Positions 1-9,089 of a DNA stretch of 64,000 bases are shown one piece after another. The DNA comes from an uncultured Thiomicrospira sp. Its GTDB lineage: Bacteria > Pseudomonadota > Gammaproteobacteria > CAKMZV01. The notes under the pieces are model-generated. The model saw only the letters and a program-made list of their open reading frames with translations. It did no database searches and was not told the origin of the DNA. Within the stretch, counting starts at the first letter, position 1; each line of letters begins with the position of its first letter. A program made the position numbers and the translations under genes. The DNA lies in contig OZ239628.1 of NCBI GenBank assembly GCA_965195345.1, forward strand, positions 480,001-544,000, written 5' to 3'.

Positions 1-126
1 ACAGAGATAGAAACCAACTGCCAAGACTATGAACCAGTTAGAGTATATTTGCCTGACAACAATCGAGACCCTGAATTAACGCAAAGGTTGATTGAAAAGC
101 AAGAGAGACTAAAAACAGGAAAATAG
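1..126 (+). CDS. 3' end of a gene truncated by the window edge; possibly a phage terminase small-subunit-like protein
   Basis: Open frame TEIETNCQDYEPVRVYLPDNNRDPELTQRLIEKQERLKTGK* ends at TAG 124-126. The V-Y-L-P-D-N-x-R motif resembles C-termini of some small terminases, and it lies just inside a putative att end. Confidence 0.3.
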   Translation, partial: TEIETNCQDYEPVRVYLPDNNRDPELTQRLIEKQERLKTGK

Positions 127-145
127 CCCCTATACAAAATCATTT

Positions 146-240
146 AGGGGCAACAACAGGGGCATGTTTTTATTAATGAAAAATAAAAATGAATAAAATC
201 AGTAAAATAAGAGCTTTATTCAAGTCATCCCAGACCACCA
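146..240 (+). mobile_element. Putative attachment end of an integrated element: tRNA 3'-end fragment preceded by arm-type direct repeats
   Basis: TTCAAGTCATCCCAGACCACCA (219-240) reads as T-loop, T-stem, acceptor strand and CCA with no tRNA 5' half upstream. AGGGGCA is repeated at 146-152 and 158-164. Confidence 0.65.
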
Positions 241-501
241 TATTTTTATCTGATACTATCCAATAATGTATATCAAACCTTTATTAAATTAGGTTTTTGA
301 TATTTCAATCGTCTCATAATATCCATCTTTTAGGTTGACGCTGTATTTAAAAGACTCGAAGTTGATTCAGGGATTGATTTGCAAGTCGTGGGAGATTGGT
401 TATTTAGAGGAAATAATTCGATATCTATCAGTGATTTTTTTTGATCGCTTAATGATATCAAGTTGTAGAATTTACCGGCGATTTTTTGCAAAGGGTAATT
501 T

Positions 502-1857
502 ATGATTTCTTTTGTGTGTGCTAATGAAATTCGAACACAGTTTTCTCAAGCCATGTCGGACATGTATAAGAAGGAAGTACCTGCTTATGGTGATTTGATT
601 CGTTTGGTTGAGCGTGTCAATGAACAAGAGCTTGCAACAAATGCTTGTCTGCGCGAAGAAATGTTATTGCATAATAATTTAAAGCGTGTCAGTAGTGAGC
701 GACACGGTGCTATCCGAATTGGCACAGCGTATGAATTATCCAACATCGCTAAAGTATTTGCTGTGATGCACATGCATCCTGTGGGTTACTATGATTTGTC
801 TGTCGCAGGTATTCCAGTTCACTCAACCGCTTTTAGACCACTTTCTCCTCAGGATTTGCGGATAAATCCTTTTCGTATATTTACATCGTTATTGCGCCTT
901 GAGCTGATTGCTGATCAAGATTTGCGCAGGCATGCCGAGAATATTCTCCAAAATCGTCAAATATTCCCTGAAGGGCTTCTTGAATTGGTTGAGTTGAAAA
1001 ATGCTCAAGGCGGTCTGACATATGATCAAACCGATGAATTTGTATCATTGACGGTAGAGATATTTCGATGGCATGAACAAGCGCAAGTAGATCAAGAAGT
1101 TTATGATACTTTGCATAAGGCGCATCGATTGATTGCTGATGTGGTATCTTTTAAAGGACCGCACATTAATCACTTAACACCGCGGACGTTGAATATTGAT
1201 GCGGTTCAGGAAAAAATGTTAGGGTGTGGTATTACCCCTAAAGCCTTTATCGAAGGTCCTCCCAAGCGTAACGTTCCGATTTTGCTAAGGCAAACTTCAT
1301 TCAAGGCTTTGGAAGAGAAGATAATCTTCCCTCACCAAGGGGATGAAAAAATAGGTACGCATACAGCACGATTTGGTGAGATTGAAATGCGCGGGGCAGC
1401 GTTAACACCTAAAGGAAGGGTACTCTACGATGGGTTGTTGGAGGAGTTGCGCGCAAGAATAACCCCTGCCGTTGATGGTTCTAATGTCGAAGAATATCAC
1501 TCTGAAGAAGATGTTATTTTTAAGTCTTTTCCCGATGATATTGAATTAATGCGTAAGCAGAAAGTTGCGTACTTTGAATATCAACGCGTTGAAGGCTTTA
1601 AAGGTGCAATCAAAAATATTGAAGATGGTATCGCTCGAAAAGTCGTGCAATATACGCCTTTAGTATATGAGGATTTTTTACCTGTAAGTGCGGCAGGGAT
1701 ATTTCAATCTAATTTAGGAGATGATGCTGGAAGTCAAATGTCTAAAAAGCCAAATCGTTCACAATTTGAACAAGCGCTTGGGATGTCAGTAATTGATGAA
1801 TTTAAACTTTATGAACGGATTGAAAGCGCATCTTTGCAAAAGGTATTGATTAATTGA
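502..1857 (+). CDS. hglS: DUF1338/VOC-fold 2-oxoadipate dioxygenase/decarboxylase (HglS/YdcJ)
   Basis: Motifs ERHGAIR, GYYDLS, HINHLTPR, HTARFGEIE and YEDFLPVSAAGIFQSNL. Confidence 0.85.
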   Translation: MISFVCANEIRTQFSQAMSDMYKKEVPAYGDLIRLVERVNEQELATNACLREEMLLHNNLKRVSSERHGAIRIGTAYELSNIAKVFAVMHMHPVGYYDLSVAGIPVHSTAFRPLSPQDLRINPFRIFTSLLRLELIADQDLRRHAENILQNRQIFPEGLLELVELKNAQGGLTYDQTDEFVSLTVEIFRWHEQAQVDQEVYDTLHKAHRLIADVVSFKGPHINHLTPRTLNIDAVQEKMLGCGITPKAFIEGPPKRNVPILLRQTSFKALEEKIIFPHQGDEKIGTHTARFGEIEMRGAALTPKGRVLYDGLLEELRARITPAVDGSNVEEYHSEEDVIFKSFPDDIELMRKQKVAYFEYQRVEGFKGAIKNIEDGIARKVVQYTPLVYEDFLPVSAAGIFQSNLGDDAGSQMSKKPNRSQFEQALGMSVIDEFKLYERIESASLQKVLIN

Positions 1858-1882
1858 TGTATTCTTTTTTACGAGGTTTCTT

Positions 1883-2833
1883 ATGAAAATTGGTTTTATC
1901 GGTCTTGGGAATGTAGGCTCAAAGTTGTCTGGGAGCTTATTGCGTAATGCTTTTGATTTGACAGTTCACGATGTTAATGAGTCGTTGGTCAACAAATTTA
2001 TAGAGAAAGGGGCAAAAAGTGCGTGCTCTGGTAAAGACATTGCTGAAAAAGTTGATGTCGTCATTACTTGTTTGCCTTCTCCTGCTATTTGTGCTCAGGT
2101 CATGGAAGGTTCGGGAGGAGTGCTTGAAGGACTTAGTGAAGGGAAAATATGGTTGGAAATGAGTACGACCGAATCGCACGAAGTGAAACGGTTGGGGGAA
2201 AAGGTTCGAGCTATAGGAGCTATACCCGTTGATTGCCCCGTGTCGGGTGGCTGTCATCGTGCAGATACGGGAAATATTTCCATTTTTGCAGGTTGTGAAC
2301 GTTCTGAATTTGAGCAGGTTTTGCCAATATTGACAACTATGGGTAGGCGTATTTTGCATACAGGGCCACTGGGTTCTGCATCTATTCTTAAAGTAATGAC
2401 CAATTATTTGGCAACTGCTAATTTGATTTCATGTACGGAGGCTTTATCCGTTGCATGCAAAATGGGATTGGATATGAATAAAGTGTATGAAGCTTTTCGT
2501 ATTTCTTCAGGCAATTCTTTTGTCCATGAAACTGAATCGCAAGTTATTTTAAACGGCTCACGTGATATCAGTTTTACGATGGATTTGGTATTGAAAGACA
2601 TTGGCCTTTTCCAATCATTAGCTGATGAACATCAAGTCCCTCTCGAATTGTCGCCCTTGTTAGTGAAAATATTCAAAGACGGGATAAGATGCTATGGAGA
2701 ACGTGAGTTATCTCCAAACATCATTCGTCGGCTTGAAGATGCATGCGATATAAAAGTACTGGGTCGTGGATTTCCCAATGAAATGACTGATGATGAACCA
2801 GAGGAGCCTGGTTACGAAATTAAGCCACAGTAA
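1883..2833 (+). CDS. NAD(P)-dependent beta-hydroxyacid dehydrogenase (3-hydroxyisobutyrate dehydrogenase family)
   Basis: Rossmann motif IGFIGLGNVG, DCPVSGG, and catalytic-Lys region ASILKVMTN. Confidence 0.85.
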   Translation: MKIGFIGLGNVGSKLSGSLLRNAFDLTVHDVNESLVNKFIEKGAKSACSGKDIAEKVDVVITCLPSPAICAQVMEGSGGVLEGLSEGKIWLEMSTTESHEVKRLGEKVRAIGAIPVDCPVSGGCHRADTGNISIFAGCERSEFEQVLPILTTMGRRILHTGPLGSASILKVMTNYLATANLISCTEALSVACKMGLDMNKVYEAFRISSGNSFVHETESQVILNGSRDISFTMDLVLKDIGLFQSLADEHQVPLELSPLLVKIFKDGIRCYGERELSPNIIRRLEDACDIKVLGRGFPNEMTDDEPEEPGYEIKPQ

Positions 2834-2864
2834 GCAATATCACACTGATAAAAAAGCATTTAAT

Positions 2865-3764
2865 ATGAATATCGATTCTTCTTTGTACTTAAAAGGCTTT
2901 TTATTATCTGTATTTGCCGGCATATTGTGGAGTTTTGGCCCCATTTTGGTGTTACATATGCAAAGCCCTGAAGAGTATCGATTGCAATACTTGTTCTATC
3001 GAGGTATTGGGGTAACTGGGACTTTATTGATATATTTATTTATACGAGAAGGTATTTCTTGTTTTAAAAATTTCTCTCGCATTGGTTGGGAAGGAATGTT
3101 AGGCGGGACAGGGCTCGGGTTTGCTATGTTCTTCTTCATTTATTCGATAACGCTTACTTCAGCAGCAGTCACGCTATTTATGCTGGCAGCAATGCCTTTT
3201 ATGACCGCAATATTAGGGAATTTTGTACTTGGTGAGCGGTTGAAGAAGGAAACACTACTTTCTATGGTGATTGCTTTTTCAGGGGTGCTGCTTATTGCGT
3301 GGAATGATGCCGTGCGTGGTACATTTCTTGGGGCGGCCTATGGATTTTTAGCGGCGATTGGTTTTTCCATATTTACACTATCGCTACGTATGCGTAAGGA
3401 TGTGCCGAAATTCACTACTGTTATTTTTGGTGGGTCGGTGTGTAGCGTGATAGCTTTAGTCTTGGTAGGTGGGATTGGGAATGTTGAAATGCCTTCACAA
3501 AACATATTGCTTAGTTTCGGACATGGCGCATTGGTTGGTAGTGGATTAATACTCTACAGTATTGGAGCGAAGTATCTGCCTGCGGCTGAATTGGTTCTTC
3601 TGTCGTTGCTTGAAATTGCAGGAGGAATCCTTTGGGTAGCGGTGCCGTTTTTTGGTATTAGTCAAATACCAACCATCACAACAATGATGGGAGGAACATT
3701 AATTACTGCAGCAGTGTTGCTGAACGGTTACCTCGCCAAGCCCTCTATTCAACTTGGTAGATAA
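2865..3764 (+). CDS. EamA/DMT-family transporter
   Basis: About 10 hydrophobic helices in two repeats and an LGER motif. ATG 2865 preferred over the overlapping start at 2790. Confidence 0.8.
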   Translation: MNIDSSLYLKGFLLSVFAGILWSFGPILVLHMQSPEEYRLQYLFYRGIGVTGTLLIYLFIREGISCFKNFSRIGWEGMLGGTGLGFAMFFFIYSITLTSAAVTLFMLAAMPFMTAILGNFVLGERLKKETLLSMVIAFSGVLLIAWNDAVRGTFLGAAYGFLAAIGFSIFTLSLRMRKDVPKFTTVIFGGSVCSVIALVLVGGIGNVEMPSQNILLSFGHGALVGSGLILYSIGAKYLPAAELVLLSLLEIAGGILWVAVPFFGISQIPTITTMMGGTLITAAVLLNGYLAKPSIQLGR

Positions 3765-3833
3765 CTTCTTTGAATAGATGTAAATAGAATACATGCACCT
3801 GCGATGTATTGCTTCCTTGTTACTCTTAAGAAA

Positions 3834-5144
3834 TTATTGTACCGATTCAATCGCTTCGCGAGCCACTGAAAATATGGTGTCTATTTCTTCTTTGTTAACA
3901 ATGAGGGGCGGAGAAATGGCGATGGTATCGGCAGTAACACGCAACATAACTCCTTTTTCCCATGCTTTGAGCATGACTTCAAAACCTCGCGCGCCAGGAG
4001 CCCCTTCGCGTTGTGACAGATCAAAAGCAGCAACCAGTCCAAGATTACGAGTGTCGGTTATGTGTTCCAAATCTTTCAAGGAGTGGACTTTCTCTTCAAG
4101 ATAAGGAGCAAGGTCATTGGCACGTGTGTACAAATTCTCTTTTTCATAAATGTCAAGAGAGGCAATTGCAGCTGCGCATGCAACGGGGTGTCCTGAGTAA
4201 GTATAACCATGAAATAGCTCAATGGGCAACTTGGAGTTGTTAATGATGGCATCATAAATACTGTCATCAACCATGACCGCTCCCATTGGCAGTACACCAT
4301 TGGTAAGCCCTTTAGCCGTCGTAACAAGATCAGGCGTTATGCCAAAGTGTTCGCTGGCACTTGCTCGACCAAGACGACCGAATGCAGTGATCACTTCATC
4401 AAAAATCAATAAAATGTCGTGTTTGGTACATATGGCTCTTAAGCGTTCTAAATAGCCTTTAGGTGGAGGGTACACACCAGCAGAGCCTACCATTGGTTCA
4501 ACAATAACTGCGGCAATGTTTTGTGCGCCATGAAGCACCACAAACCGCTCAAGGTCATCAGCCAACCAATCGCCATGCTCAGGTTGCCCTTTGCTAAATA
4601 TATTTTCTGGTAATAGTGTTGAACGCATATGCGCAACACGCGGTAATAGGTTGCCGTAAAACATACGATTAGGTGCTATGCCACCGACCGAAGTGCCACC
4701 AAAATTAGTACCGTGATATCCCTTCTCACGCCCGATGAACATGGTTTTTCCAGAATTCCCCTTAGCTTGGTGATACGCCAAAGCAATTTTTAGTGCGCTA
4801 TCAACTGATTCAGAGCCGGAGTTGGTGAAGAATGCACGATTCAATGAACCTGGGAAAAGATTAGAAAGGCGTTGTGCAACTTCAAATACTTTGGGGTGTG
4901 CAAATTGAAAACAAGGGGAGAAATCCAATTCAAGCAATTGTTTTCCAACTGCTTCTGCGATTTCTTCGCGTCCATGCCCAAGGCCACAGCACCATAAACC
5001 TGCTGTACCATCTAATACAGGGCGACCATCTGGGTCATAAAAATACATGCCTTTGGCAGAAGTAATTATCCGAGGATCCTTTTTGAAAAGGCGGTTAGAA
5101 GTAAAGGGCATGAAAAATGCGTCCATATTAGGAGAGTTTGTCAT
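3834..5144 (-). CDS. Class III PLP aminotransferase (omega-amino acid/beta-alanine:pyruvate type)
   Basis: DGTAGLWC, NSGSESVD, LLIFDEVITAFGR, PLP lysine in TAKGLT, HGYTYSGHP. Confidence 0.9.
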   Translation of the reverse strand: MTNSPNMDAFFMPFTSNRLFKKDPRIITSAKGMYFYDPDGRPVLDGTAGLWCCGLGHGREEIAEAVGKQLLELDFSPCFQFAHPKVFEVAQRLSNLFPGSLNRAFFTNSGSESVDSALKIALAYHQAKGNSGKTMFIGREKGYHGTNFGGTSVGGIAPNRMFYGNLLPRVAHMRSTLLPENIFSKGQPEHGDWLADDLERFVVLHGAQNIAAVIVEPMVGSAGVYPPPKGYLERLRAICTKHDILLIFDEVITAFGRLGRASASEHFGITPDLVTTAKGLTNGVLPMGAVMVDDSIYDAIINNSKLPIELFHGYTYSGHPVACAAAIASLDIYEKENLYTRANDLAPYLEEKVHSLKDLEHITDTRNLGLVAAFDLSQREGAPGARGFEVMLKAWEKGVMLRVTADTIAISPPLIVNKEEIDTIFSVAREAIESVQ

Positions 5145-5408
5145 ATGCGTACCTAAAATGCTTGTAAAAGATATTGTTCAATGTTTAGCAGAAAGCTTAT
5201 GCAAAGTTTGAGGCATTCGTAATCTGTAAGTTACGATGAATTATGCCATATTTTGCATTGCAACAGTAGGCACATAAATTTAGATCATACCATTATTTTT
5301 TTTGCATGCACTTAAAGATGATTGGTGAATGCGGACGAATTGGGAATGTATGTAGGGGAGGAGATAAGGATATGAGGTAAAAATCCTAAAGTAATATTTA
5401 GTTGATTT

Positions 5409-6659
5409 CTATGTTTGAGGGATTGTTTTACCATGCGGATCTTTGTCCCTTTGATTGAGCTCCGCTTCAAGCCTAGAAGCAATTTCAGGAGTAATAACGT
5501 GCTCAGCATCCTCAGCCATATGATGAACTTGTGTTTTATCAACGCCCGCTTTTTCTATTAAGTACTGTTCCCATAAGCGATGATGGCGTGTGAGGGCAGA
5601 TGCTTTAGCGAGACCTTGATCGGTCAATTCCCAATAGTTATCTTTCTGAATTAAGTCTCCAGCTGATGTGAGTTGTTTGGCGGTTGTAAATAATTTGTCG
5701 GCGGGGAAATCTCTCACAGTTAGTACTTGATTAAGAGCAAATTTTTTGAGACTATATCTTTCATTGAGGAGAAATCCTGCACGCAGTAAATGTTCTTCAA
5801 GTGTGCGTTTGTGTTGTATTTTTTTAGCCCTAATACGTGTTAAGATACCTCGAGGTGCAAATAGAGAAGATAAGATAAATAAGATGGTTAAACCCATTAC
5901 TATCCATGGTCCAGTCGGAAAGCGTGTTGCTTGGGTGGAAATGAAAATGCCGAAGCACACGCTGATGCTGCTACACACCAAAGCCATTAGTAAAAGAGGA
6001 AAGAGGCGGTGACACCATTGTCTTGCAGTAATAGCTGGAATCAGTAGTAAAGCAGACATGAGGATAACGCCAACGAGTTGGAGACCAACGACTATTACGG
6101 ATACCAATAATACTCCTAATAGCACATCTACGAATTTTGGAGATAATCCTGCATAAGTACTGAAACGACGATCAAAAGCGCATGCGCGCATGCGCTGATA
6201 CATAAAAGTTACTCCGATAATGCAAGCGCTTAATACTAAGGTGAGTATTAAGATATCTTCAGGCAGTATGGCTGCTGCTTGTCCAAAAAATAATTTATCA
6301 AGCCCTCCTTTTTCAGGTAAAGGCAGACGTTGTATTATTGATAAGATGAGTACGCCAAGTGAGAAGAAAAAAGATAAAACCATTGCTAAGGCTGAGTCTG
6401 GACGAATGTTCTTAGCTTTGATAAGCCAATCAAGGATGAAGTACCCGAGTAGTGCCGCAATAGTGCCTCCCCAAAAAGTAACTGAAAGGCGGTTTGTGTG
6501 CGTCAAGAGAAAAGCAACTAAAACACCAGGAAGGGCACAGTGTGCGAGGGCATCACCAATAAGTGAACGGTTGTTTATGAAAGAAAAACAACCAATAAGA
6601 GCTGCGCTTATCCCAAGGATGATGCCACCACTTAATGCCCATATCGTATTGATGTCCAT
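5409..6659 (-). CDS. Mn/Zn/Fe ABC permease (TroC/MntC-like) with C-terminal DtxR-like domain
   Basis: N-terminal SLIGDALAHCALPG permease motif; C-terminal RHHRLWEQYL...AEDAEH...DPHGKTIP DtxR metal-binding/dimerisation signature. Confidence 0.88.
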   Translation of the reverse strand: MDINTIWALSGGIILGISAALIGCFSFINNRSLIGDALAHCALPGVLVAFLLTHTNRLSVTFWGGTIAALLGYFILDWLIKAKNIRPDSALAMVLSFFFSLGVLILSIIQRLPLPEKGGLDKLFFGQAAAILPEDILILTLVLSACIIGVTFMYQRMRACAFDRRFSTYAGLSPKFVDVLLGVLLVSVIVVGLQLVGVILMSALLLIPAITARQWCHRLFPLLLMALVCSSISVCFGIFISTQATRFPTGPWIVMGLTILFILSSLFAPRGILTRIRAKKIQHKRTLEEHLLRAGFLLNERYSLKKFALNQVLTVRDFPADKLFTTAKQLTSAGDLIQKDNYWELTDQGLAKASALTRHHRLWEQYLIEKAGVDKTQVHHMAEDAEHVITPEIASRLEAELNQRDKDPHGKTIPQT

Positions 6660-6668
6660 GAGTTTTGT

Positions 6669-7415
6669 TTATATTTTCTCTTGAATCTCGCTCAGAAGAG
6701 GCAGAGAGTTACTGTACGTTTGGCGGATATTTTCCATAGTAAATGTTTCCTTTAGAGGTCCTTGTGCGATGATGCGCCGATTGAGTAGAAATACGTAGTC
6801 AAAGTATTCAGGGGTGCTATTTAAATTATGATGTACACACAACAGAGTAGCCCCTTCGCTTTGAATGATTCGAAGCTGATCAATTATGGCTTTCTCGCTT
6901 GCCATGTCAATGGCGGCAAAAGGTTCGTCCAATAGGTACAAACTGGCACGTTGAGCAATGGCGCGAGCAAGGAACATCCGTTGTTGTTGCCCTCCTGAAA
7001 GCTCACTAATATGTGCGTTCGCATATTCTACTAATGTTACTTTTTCTAATGCTTCCATTGCAATTTTTTTGTCTAACTTAGTGGGTCTTTGCCACCACTT
7101 TAGGTGGGGTAGTCTACCCATAAGAACGACTTCTTTTACAGTTATGGGAAAGTCCCAATCAACGTTGGATCTTTGTGGCATATAGGCAATAGTTTGCCTT
7201 TTTTCTTCGAGGGTTCCAGAAAAGAATCGAACGTCTCCAGACTCACACTCAGTTAGACCAAGTATTGCATTGATCAGAGTCGTTTTTCCAGCACCATTAG
7301 GACCAATAATTGCTGCTAATTTTTGTCTGGGAAGTTCGAGGTTTATTTCTTCCAAAACACGTTTTCCACGATAGCGCGTGTTTAATCCTTTGATATTCAG
7401 CGCTGGATAATTCAT
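6669..7415 (-). CDS. Metal ABC transporter ATP-binding protein (TroB/MntB-like)
   Basis: Walker A GPNGAGKT, signature LSGGQQQR, Walker B LLDEP. Confidence 0.92.
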   Translation of the reverse strand: MNYPALNIKGLNTRYRGKRVLEEINLELPRQKLAAIIGPNGAGKTTLINAILGLTECESGDVRFFSGTLEEKRQTIAYMPQRSNVDWDFPITVKEVVLMGRLPHLKWWQRPTKLDKKIAMEALEKVTLVEYANAHISELSGGQQQRMFLARAIAQRASLYLLDEPFAAIDMASEKAIIDQLRIIQSEGATLLCVHHNLNSTPEYFDYVFLLNRRIIAQGPLKETFTMENIRQTYSNSLPLLSEIQEKI

Positions 7416-8305
7416 TTCAATGCATTTGATATGTTCGAAGCGTTGTGTTCAAGCATTCCTATGTACGTACCAGCGGGCTTGCCGATAATATCAAGTGAAT
7501 CGGAAAATAATTGACCACCAATAATAAGGTTGTACTTATCTTGTTGCATGGCTTGCTGTAAAGATTTAATAAAGCGTGGTGATATAGTGCTTTCAAGAAA
7601 GATGGCTTTTACTTTTGCTGAGGCGATGCGACGCTTAATACGTTGTATGTCTTTCAAACCAAATTCACTAACCGTACTGATACCTTGTAAAGAATCAACT
7701 TCAAGCTCATAGCGATTGCCAAAATAAGCAAAGGCATCATGCGCGGTTATTAGTAGGCGTTGTTTTTCAGGGATTTCATTAATAAGTTGCGCAATTTTTT
7801 TGTTTAGTAGGGTTATTTTTTTTCGAAATATTTCAAAATTTGTGTAGACTTCATTGCGTATTTGAGGATACTTTTTTGCAATGGATTCAGACAGATACAT
7901 AGAGCCTTGCAACCATAGTAGAGGATCCATCCAAATATGCGGATCAGTGGTGTTGGAATCAACCTTTATTAGCGATTTTTGAGGAACGCCGTCACTGATT
8001 TTGAGAATGGCTTTTTGGGTTGAAAGCTTATCAAATACCTCTTGCATGCGTCCTTCAAGATGCAGTCCATTGTAAATGATCAAGTCAGCATTTAATAAGC
8101 GCTTTACATCTCCTTGTGTGGGTCTGTATAGGTGAGGGTCGATGCCAGCAGGCATTAAAGTAACTACATTAGCACTATTGCCAACAAGCTGTTTGACAGT
8201 GTCTCCGAGTATATTGGTTGTGGTAACTATTTCAAGAGCAACGCTATTGTTTGTGAAAAACAATAGCAGTAATGTTAAAATGCGGGTTAAATTATTTTTA
8301 ATCAT
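7412..8305 (-). CDS. Metal ABC substrate-binding protein (TroA/MntA-like)
   Basis: Signal peptide; DPHLY, DPHIW, HDAF and SDSL give the His/His/His/Asp ligand set. Confidence 0.92.
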   Translation of the reverse strand: MIKNNLTRILTLLLLFFTNNSVALEIVTTTNILGDTVKQLVGNSANVVTLMPAGIDPHLYRPTQGDVKRLLNADLIIYNGLHLEGRMQEVFDKLSTQKAILKISDGVPQKSLIKVDSNTTDPHIWMDPLLWLQGSMYLSESIAKKYPQIRNEVYTNFEIFRKKITLLNKKIAQLINEIPEKQRLLITAHDAFAYFGNRYELEVDSLQGISTVSEFGLKDIQRIKRRIASAKVKAIFLESTISPRFIKSLQQAMQQDKYNLIIGGQLFSDSLDIIGKPAGTYIGMLEHNASNISNALK

Positions 8306-8307
8306 GA

Positions 8308-8326
8308 TTAAAAATAGCCATTTTAA
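8308..8326. promoter_or_regulatory. Candidate DtxR/MntR-type operator
   Basis: 19-bp TTAAAAATAGCCATTTTAA with 6-bp inverted arms in the 42-bp gap between troA and the dtxR-like gene. Confidence 0.45.
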
Positions 8327-8347
8327 CTATTCATCCACGCCTTGTCA

Positions 8348-9010
8348 ATGCAAAACGCAACAAAAGAAGATTATTTGAAGGTAATATTTAAGCTTTCGGA
8401 TGGAGAAGATAAAGCAGTAGCTACACAAGATATTGCTGCTAAATTAGGTATTTCATCTGCGGCGGTTACTTCAATGCTTAAAAAACTAGCAAAAGAAAAT
8501 TTAGTAAGTTACAAACCCTATTATGGAGTGCGGTTGTTGTTGGAAGGAAGAAAGGTTGCTGTTTCGACTGTGCGAAGACATCGTGTCATTGAGGAGTTTC
8601 TTGTTCGATTTTTACATATGGGGTGGGATGAAGTGGATGTAGAAGCCGAAGTGTTGGAGCATTGTATATCGGAGGACATTGTGCAACGCATGTGGAAAGT
8701 GCTTGGAGAACCTCAAACCGATCCGCACGGGTCTCCAATACCAGATGCTTCGGGGCAGTTCCATATTGAAGAAAGTGCTAGTGTCCCTTTAGTCCAGATT
8801 GATATTGCTGCTCTTTGTACTGTTGTGCGTATTAGAGGCGCTAGTCCTGAAGAGTTACGTTATCTCGAAAGTATTGGGCTGACGATAGGTTCTAAGTGTG
8901 AGCTTATAGACCGTGCACCGTTCAAAGGACCCATAATGGTAAAAACGAAAGTCAAGGTTTCTGCTTTGGATTACAGCTTTTGTGAGTCAATAATCGTTAA
9001 AAGAAATTGA
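8348..9010 (+). CDS. DtxR/MntR-family metal-dependent repressor with C-terminal FeoA/SH3 domain
   Basis: EDYLKVI, HTH, RRHRVIEEFL, AEVLEH, DPHGSPIP, YLESIGL...APFKGP. ATG 8348 or TTG 8342. Confidence 0.92.
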   Translation: MQNATKEDYLKVIFKLSDGEDKAVATQDIAAKLGISSAAVTSMLKKLAKENLVSYKPYYGVRLLLEGRKVAVSTVRRHRVIEEFLVRFLHMGWDEVDVEAEVLEHCISEDIVQRMWKVLGEPQTDPHGSPIPDASGQFHIEESASVPLVQIDIAALCTVVRIRGASPEELRYLESIGLTIGSKCELIDRAPFKGPIMVKTKVKVSALDYSFCESIIVKRN

Positions 9011-9037
9011 AACAATTTTGAGATTTAGTTGAAAATA

Positions 9038-9063
9038 AAAAACGCCTCATATGAGGCGTTTTT
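9038..9063. terminator. Bidirectional intrinsic terminator
   Basis: AAAAACGCCTCAT-ATGAGGCGTTTTT between the convergent dtxR-like and precursor genes. Confidence 0.85.
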
Positions 9064-9089
9064 ATATTTAAGGTGGTAGTTAGAATGTA

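Noticed and set aside
219-240. Intact tRNA gene
   Set aside because: Upstream sequence is A-rich and cannot form the D-arm, anticodon arm or 5' acceptor strand.
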